Shown here piece by piece: positions 58,663-64,000 of a stretch of DNA of 64,000 nt. The DNA comes from a virus: positions 1 through 64,000 of the IMG/VR virus record IMGVR_UViG_3300036770_002724; one strand, given 5' to 3'. Position 1 is the first letter of the stretch, and each line of letters starts with the position of its first letter. Position numbers and translations under genes: made by a program. The notes below the pieces were generated by a model, which made no database searches, was not told where the DNA came from, and saw nothing but the letters and a program-made list of their open reading frames with translations.

Positions 58663-59048
58663 TGCCCGTCTACGAGTACCGCTGCACCTCTTGTGAGATT
58701 TTGAGCGAGCGCGTCCTCTCGATCAAGGACTGCAACAACTCCCAAGCCTGTGGGAGTTGTGGCTCGCCTCTGGAGCGTTTGATTTCCGCCAACCTCGGGA
58801 TGGTCCTCAAGGGAGACGGCTGGCCGGGAAAGGCGATGAAGGTCAACGGGCAGATGGCCCGTAAGAACCGTCGTCTCGATGCGAAGTCGGAAGAGCGGCG
58901 ACGGGACGCTCCCGGAGTGAAGCTCGTCCCGAACGTGAACGGGGAACAGGTGAACTCGTGGTCCGAGGCGAAGTCCCTCGCCGGAAGCCTCGGCAAAGAC
59001 ACCTCTTCTTACGACCCTCTCGTTCAAAAGGAAAAGGCTGACACATGA
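58662..59048 (+). CDS. FmdB-family Zn-ribbon protein
   Basis: MPVYEYRCTSC...CGSCGSPLERLIS. Confidence 0.85.
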   Translation: MPVYEYRCTSCEILSERVLSIKDCNNSQACGSCGSPLERLISANLGMVLKGDGWPGKAMKVNGQMARKNRRLDAKSEERRRDAPGVKLVPNVNGEQVNSWSEAKSLAGSLGKDTSSYDPLVQKEKADT

Positions 59049-59854
59049 CGTACCCCCTACCGTTCAAGGTTTTTCCGGGCATCGTTCAACGGTCCCGGTA
59101 CTTCATCGACCTTCAGGTCCGAGACCTTCCTGGGATCAACGCGACCCGGCTTTGGGGCTCGACTAATCTGACGGATGCCTACGGGACGTTGTCGACGAGC
59201 GGGATCGCAGGGTCAGGGGGGACGGCGTTTGCGGAAGCGACTCGGGGAACGTCGTTCGTTTCCCGCACGCTCGACCGGACCCAGCTAGTCGAAGAATCTC
59301 ATCGGGGGATGACCCGCTACTACTTCAACCCCGATGACTTCGTGAACCCGGCGCTACTGAGCCCGATGCCTGCTGACGACGCTATCCTGTACGTCCGGAT
59401 GCAGCAAAGCAGCATGGCGGCGGGCGGTTTCCTGGCCGTTCCGGCGGGCGCCGTAAACAACGCCAGCGAACCTATCCGGGGGCCGATCCTCGTGATCCCT
59501 CCCGTCATGTTTTGGCAGACGGGCCGTCCTGCCCTGTCGCTCGCAGGAATCGCCCCCTCTAATACGGGCTGCACCGCAGGGAACATTCCGGTCGTAGATG
59601 AGACCGTCCAGATCCCTCTCCCGATGCACATCGTCCTGCCTCGTCCTACAAGCCTGATCACCATCACGAACATGAATTCTGCCGCAGGCGTTACCCTTTT
59701 GGTTTCCCCTGGTCTCGGATTGCCGATGGTCGAGATCGCTTACGGTACGCCTGTCAACTTCGAGGGCGGGATTCGGGAGATCGTCTTGGCTCGCGCATCA
59801 GGAGCGGGAGGTTGCGCCTTCTCGATCTTCGCCGCCATCAACATGGAGTCCTGA
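59045..59854 (+). CDS. Hypothetical virion structural protein
   Basis: ATGA coupling; beta-rich composition. Confidence 0.7.
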   Translation: MTYPLPFKVFPGIVQRSRYFIDLQVRDLPGINATRLWGSTNLTDAYGTLSTSGIAGSGGTAFAEATRGTSFVSRTLDRTQLVEESHRGMTRYYFNPDDFVNPALLSPMPADDAILYVRMQQSSMAAGGFLAVPAGAVNNASEPIRGPILVIPPVMFWQTGRPALSLAGIAPSNTGCTAGNIPVVDETVQIPLPMHIVLPRPTSLITITNMNSAAGVTLLVSPGLGLPMVEIAYGTPVNFEGGIREIVLARASGAGGCAFSIFAAINMES

Positions 59855-59922
59855 TTTTCCGAATAGGCTCCCTATAACTTTGGCTTCCTTGAAGAAGGCC
59901 CGTGGGCCTTGGGAGAACCGAA

Positions 59923-61155
59923 ATGCCCTACATCTGCCTGGCCCGAACCGACATTCCGGACGGCACCCTCCAAGTGCTCGACCTTCAGCCCAACGCTTCC
60001 CAGCGGACCATCTACGACCCCCCGGCGCAGACCCGTTACCTGAAGCGCCCCCGGAACACCCCGGTCGCTTTCAACGCGGACGGAACCCTTCAGGGAGACG
60101 TATACGGTCTTGCGGGATACCTTCTTGATCGGGTTGAGGCGGGCGGGACGCTCCAGGCGGGCGCGACCGTTACCTGCGCCGGAGTCCAGGCGGGCGATAC
60201 CGTGACCATCGCGGGCGTCGTCTTCTCGGCGGTCAACGGCGGCGCCGTCGCGGCGAACCAGACGTTCGACATGAGCGGAACCGACATCCAGACGGCGACT
60301 TCTCTTGTCGCGACCATCACCGACGCAGCGAGCATCGCTCTCATGGTCGCCGGGTCGGGCCTCGGATACGCCCACGCGGTCAGCGGAGGCACGGCGGTCG
60401 TGACCCTCTCCGCTCGCTATGGAGCGGGCCTTACGCTTCGGGGTGGTCCGGGCGGGGATGTCTCGCTCGCGTCCTCAAACGGAACGCGCCTTGCGCTGAA
60501 CACGGTGCTCGGTCGTCTTTTCCGTGCGGTCGAGCGGTGGACCGTCGCCTCTCTGACTTCGGTGTTTACCGCGATCATGGTCCGCGTGGACGGAGCCCTT
60601 CCTCTCGCCCTTGCGAACATCAACACGGCCCTCGCGGCGGCGGCGACCGGGACCGAGCTTACCAACGCGGGTGGCTCTCGGTCGGTCGGGACCGTGGCAG
60701 ATGTCCTTTCGATTCTTTCGGGGCGTCAGTACCTATTGCCTCGGGCGAATCCGCTCACGGGTGTGGCGAACGACCTGATGAGCGCCACGAACTCGTGGGA
60801 TAACACGCCTCGGGGCGGCTTCACCGTTCCGGTCCTCGTGAACGGGACCACGATGGAGGCGGGCGAGATCCGCCCTCTCAACATCGGCGGAGACGTGGAG
60901 AACCGTCCGGTCGGCCCGTACACCGCGACCTACGATGGCGGAGCTTTCCAGCGGTCGCTGGCGACGGGTCAGCTTGCGGTTCTTGCGGGCGTCGCGGGCA
61001 TGACCCCGGTGACCTTGTTCCCGAATAGCTCTCCGACTCCTGTGTTCCCCTGGAACTACTTCACCTCGACCCAAGCGGTCGCGGACCCCATTGATCCGGT
61101 GACCGTTACCCGGGTCGTGACCGTGTATGACGACGCCGGAGCCGTGCTGGCTTGA
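59923..61155 (+). CDS. Virion protein, paralogue 1 of a tandem family
   Basis: YICLARTD...LQVLDLQPN.SQR.IYDP..QT.Y N-terminus, VTVYDDAG C-terminus; GGGAG SD. Confidence 0.8.
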   Translation: MPYICLARTDIPDGTLQVLDLQPNASQRTIYDPPAQTRYLKRPRNTPVAFNADGTLQGDVYGLAGYLLDRVEAGGTLQAGATVTCAGVQAGDTVTIAGVVFSAVNGGAVAANQTFDMSGTDIQTATSLVATITDAASIALMVAGSGLGYAHAVSGGTAVVTLSARYGAGLTLRGGPGGDVSLASSNGTRLALNTVLGRLFRAVERWTVASLTSVFTAIMVRVDGALPLALANINTALAAAATGTELTNAGGSRSVGTVADVLSILSGRQYLLPRANPLTGVANDLMSATNSWDNTPRGGFTVPVLVNGTTMEAGEIRPLNIGGDVENRPVGPYTATYDGGAFQRSLATGQLAVLAGVAGMTPVTLFPNSSPTPVFPWNYFTSTQAVADPIDPVTVTRVVTVYDDAGAVLA

Positions 61156-61181
61156 TCCGGTAAACAAAGGAGAATCCCATC

Positions 61182-62372
61182 ATGGCTCGTGCATATATCT
61201 GTCTCGCCCGAAACGACTTGGAGGATAACCTTCTTCAAGTCCTCGACCTCGTCCCGAACACCTCGCAACTGAACCCGATTTATCAGGGTCAGGGGCAGAC
61301 GGGGTATCTGACTTGGTTCCCGCAGAACGATGCGGTCGCCCTCACGGCGGGTCCGCCCGTGACCGTGAACTCGACTGTCTACGGCGTCCGGGCCTACCTG
61401 CTCGACTCCATCGACGATCAGTCGGGCGGCGGAAACGCCCCCATGTCGGTAGCCTCGGCTAACCTCGTCTCCATCGCGATCCTCAACCGGGTCGCCCAAG
61501 GGCTTCCGCTCACGGGAGCGGCTCTCGATTCTCTCGTGGGCGGGCTCCTCACCGGGTCGGACTTCACCGGGGCTACTGCTCCGGGTTCGACCTCGCTTGG
61601 AGTCGTCGAGGAGCTTCTTCGTATCCTCGCCGGAGAGGTTTACCGGGTGTCGTCTGGTGCGGCCTTGAGCGACGGCGGCGGCGCCTTCCACGGGGCCAAG
61701 GTCGGCGTCTTCGTGACCGCTCCGAACATCGTTCAGGATCTCGGCTTCGGCTCGGGCGGAATCAGTGCGGCTTTTGGCCTCCCGGTCATCCCGACGACCG
61801 TTCCGGTCCAGACGGGAACCCAGGACGTCAACTTCCGGCGTATCCGGCCCATTCAGGATACGGGCGAGCTTGCGATGTCCACGGCGACGGGCGTGCTCTC
61901 GAAGCTGGACCTGGCTTCGTACTCGTTCCGTAACCCGTCTTACATCTACGCGCCGAACACCAGCACCATCACCTGCGGAAGCCTCGCGGCGGCGACGAAC
62001 GACGTGGTTTACATCAACGGCGTCGCCTTTACCGCGATTGCGGGTGCGGCGAACCCGGCGCTCCAGCAGTTCGCGGACATCACCCAGGGTGCGGCGACTC
62101 CGACGGCGGTCGCCGCTTCGCTTCGGACGGCGATCAATGACGCGGCGAGCGTGGCCCTCACCGGGATGACCTCGCCGGTCGCGAACGTCGGCCCCGCGAT
62201 CACGGTACGTCAGGATTCGGGAAACCAGTTCTGGTTCTCGACCAACGCTCCGGCTCGGGTGACCTTCGGAAGCCTTCCGGCGGGTGCCGCTCAGGGCGTC
62301 CAGGGGTCGCAGTTGATCTCGACCTCGGCTCGGGCTGCGACCGTGTACGACGCCTCCGGCAACGTCATCTGA
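61182..62372 (+). CDS. Virion protein, paralogue 2
   Basis: AYICLARND...LQVLDLVPNTSQ..IY..QGQTGY; TVYDASG; AAGGAG SD. Confidence 0.8.
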   Translation: MARAYICLARNDLEDNLLQVLDLVPNTSQLNPIYQGQGQTGYLTWFPQNDAVALTAGPPVTVNSTVYGVRAYLLDSIDDQSGGGNAPMSVASANLVSIAILNRVAQGLPLTGAALDSLVGGLLTGSDFTGATAPGSTSLGVVEELLRILAGEVYRVSSGAALSDGGGAFHGAKVGVFVTAPNIVQDLGFGSGGISAAFGLPVIPTTVPVQTGTQDVNFRRIRPIQDTGELAMSTATGVLSKLDLASYSFRNPSYIYAPNTSTITCGSLAAATNDVVYINGVAFTAIAGAANPALQQFADITQGAATPTAVAASLRTAINDAASVALTGMTSPVANVGPAITVRQDSGNQFWFSTNAPARVTFGSLPAGAAQGVQGSQLISTSARAATVYDASGNVI

Positions 62373-62383
62373 TTGGCTCTGAA

Positions 62384-62418
62384 CAGGGGAGGGGTTCCGT
62401 GAAGGAGCCCCTCCCCTG
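62384..62418 (+). terminator. Strong hairpin between paralogues 2 and 3 (terminator or stabiliser)
   Basis: 15-bp stem CAGGGGAGGGGTTCC / GGAGCCCCTCCCCTG (one G-U), weak T-tract. Confidence 0.6.
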
Positions 62419-62440
62419 CGTTTACTGAGGGAGAAGAACC

Positions 62441-63325
62441 ATGACCCGTGCTTTTATCGTCCTGGGGCGAAACGACCTGAGCCCGAACGGTCTTCAGGTG
62501 CTCGATCTGTTCCCGAACTCGTCGCGGCGGAACCTGATCTATGACCCCGCCGGACAGACGGGCTATCTATCGTTCTTCCGCCAGAACGACCTCCCGACCG
62601 TCACGGGGGCCGGTCCCATCACCGCCTCCTCGACCGTCTACGGTCTTCGGGCTTACCTGCTGTCGAACATCGACAACCAGGCGGCGGGCGGCGGAAACCA
62701 CAACACTCCCTCGGTCGCCAACTGCACCACCATCGCGAACGCGATTCTTTCGGCGGTCAACGCCGGGACGGCCCTTACCGCAGCCGTGGTGGACGGTCTC
62801 GTGGCGGCGACGTGCGCTAACTCCGACCTCACGGGCGGGACGGCGGCAAGCTCTCAGTCTACGGGGTCCATCGTTGGGCTTCTCCGCGTGCTTTCCGGCG
62901 AGGTGTACCGGCTGTCCTCGGGCGCCGTGGTGGCGGCGGGCGTCGGGGCGACCTTCGTGGGAAACGTCGGCGCTTTCGTGACGGCTCCCGACCTGACGCC
63001 TTCGACCGGCCTCGGTGGCGGGATGAACGGCGGAGCGGATCCGGCCTACGGTTTTCCGGTTGTCCGGTATCAGGCTCCGGCGCAGTCGGGGACTCGCGAT
63101 CTGACTTTCCGCAACGTCCGTCGCTTTGATGTGAACACCTATCTCACGCTGTCCGCGAGCGTAGGGGCTCTGTCGAAGCTGGATTCGGCCACCTTCTCGT
63201 GGTTCAACCCCGGCTTCACTTACGTCGCCTCGACGGGAACGGCGCTTTCGGTTACGGGCGCGAACCTCACGAGCTACGTCCAGCGGGGCGTGACCGTGTA
63301 CAGCGAGACCGGAACCCCGCTCTGA
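62441..63325 (+). CDS. Virion protein, paralogue 3
   Basis: AFIVLGRND...LQVLDLFPNSSRR..IYDP.GQTGY; VTVYSETG. Confidence 0.8.
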   Translation: MTRAFIVLGRNDLSPNGLQVLDLFPNSSRRNLIYDPAGQTGYLSFFRQNDLPTVTGAGPITASSTVYGLRAYLLSNIDNQAAGGGNHNTPSVANCTTIANAILSAVNAGTALTAAVVDGLVAATCANSDLTGGTAASSQSTGSIVGLLRVLSGEVYRLSSGAVVAAGVGATFVGNVGAFVTAPDLTPSTGLGGGMNGGADPAYGFPVVRYQAPAQSGTRDLTFRNVRRFDVNTYLTLSASVGALSKLDSATFSWFNPGFTYVASTGTALSVTGANLTSYVQRGVTVYSETGTPL

Positions 63326-63336
63326 GGAAACAAAAA

Positions 63337-63693
63337 ATGTCGAACCTACGAAAGTCACTTATCCGACTCGCCCGCTCCAATCCTGAGATTCGCGAGCACG
63401 TTTTGCCTTTGCTGAAGGCTGACAAGGTTTCGAGTTTCAGAGATCCCAAGCAGATGTCCGAAGAAAAGGCGCTGGGCATGGTAGACGAGATCCTGGCTGA
63501 AGTGGGCGGGAGGGCGAAAGACAGTATAGCGTCTATCCGAGTCGAGATCAGAGAGTTCATCGAGCAAGAGCGTGCTATTGAACGGGCTTGGGAGAAGTGG
63601 GATCTGAAGGCGCTTCAAGCCTTTGGGATCTTGAGCCGCGACGAACTGCGTTTCATCGAAGAGACTTGGGATCTCTATGGGTGGCCTAGCTGA
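63337..63693 (+). CDS. Small protein starting with LRKSLIRLARSNPEIREHVLPLL
   Basis: ATG 63337 after GAGG; motif shared with 24511..24927. Confidence 0.75.
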   Translation: MSNLRKSLIRLARSNPEIREHVLPLLKADKVSSFRDPKQMSEEKALGMVDEILAEVGGRAKDSIASIRVEIREFIEQERAIERAWEKWDLKALQAFGILSRDELRFIEETWDLYGWPS

Positions 63694-63727
63694 CTCCTCT
63701 TGCTCTGAATAGAAGGGTGCGTGTCTT

Positions 63728-64000
63728 ATGCCGACCGGCCAAATGTTCATCATCCCTCGGCGTAATGACCTGGTGGGGATGAACTTTTACATCACCGACC
63801 TGTTTCCTAATACGTCGCAGCGTGGGTTCTACGACCCCGAGGGTCAGACCCACTACGTCCGGTACTCGCTCGACTTCCCGGGGACGACGAACTTGGCGCT
63901 AGGGGCTTATTCTTCAGGAAGCCTGAACACGTCCCCTATCGCGGATGCGGTCGTGGAGGATACGACGGGGGGCGGGAACGATGTCTTCGCCACGCCTTCG
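63728..64000 (+). CDS. Virion protein, paralogue 4, 3' partial (not in the ORF track)
   Basis: Manual translation: MPTGQMFIIPRRNDLVGMNFYITDLFPNTSQRGFYDPEGQTHY..., open to the window end. Confidence 0.8.
   Translation, partial: MPTGQMFIIPRRNDLVGMNFYITDLFPNTSQRGFYDPEGQTHYVRYSLDFPGTTNLALGAYSSGSLNTSPIADAVVEDTTGGGNDVFATPS

Overview
This GC-rich window reads as part of a large tailed dsDNA phage (Caudoviricetes) genome; the host cannot be determined from it. Every supportable gene is on the + strand, and the many long - strand ORFs are antisense shadows. The first 1.4 kb is the 3' end of a collagen-like gene. About 1.4-24.2 kb is a replication/recombination module: a bacterial-type Pol III clamp and clamp-loader set (DnaN-, DnaX-, HolA-, HolB-like), class II RNR, RecD2-like helicase, SSB-like protein, RuvC-like resolvase, RecA, Mre11/SbcD, a Rad50/SbcC split into two distant genes, a PD-(D/E)XK nuclease and a TOPRIM primase. 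It ends in a NusG-like gene and a tandem sigma-region-4 gene. About 24.2-64 kb is a head/virion module: TerS, TerL, portal, intein-containing prohead protease, acidic scaffold, decoration-like protein, HK97-type major capsid protein and four paralogous virion proteins. The most striking signal is a set of otherwise unrelated head-module proteins sharing a short basic motif (R/K-V/I-A-x-R-Y/W-L) and K/R-x-A linkers. Several carry host-takeover-type domains: a CCA-type nucleotidyltransferase, an ART-Topo IB-nucleotidyltransferase polyprotein and an RNase-like-SWIM protein. I infer a motif-addressed, protease-processed capsid cargo system. Other signals are two candidate promoter classes, Shine-Dalgarno-occluding hairpins and a possible H-type pseudoknot before the SSB gene. 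All assignments come from motif recognition by eye; no database search or folding program was run.
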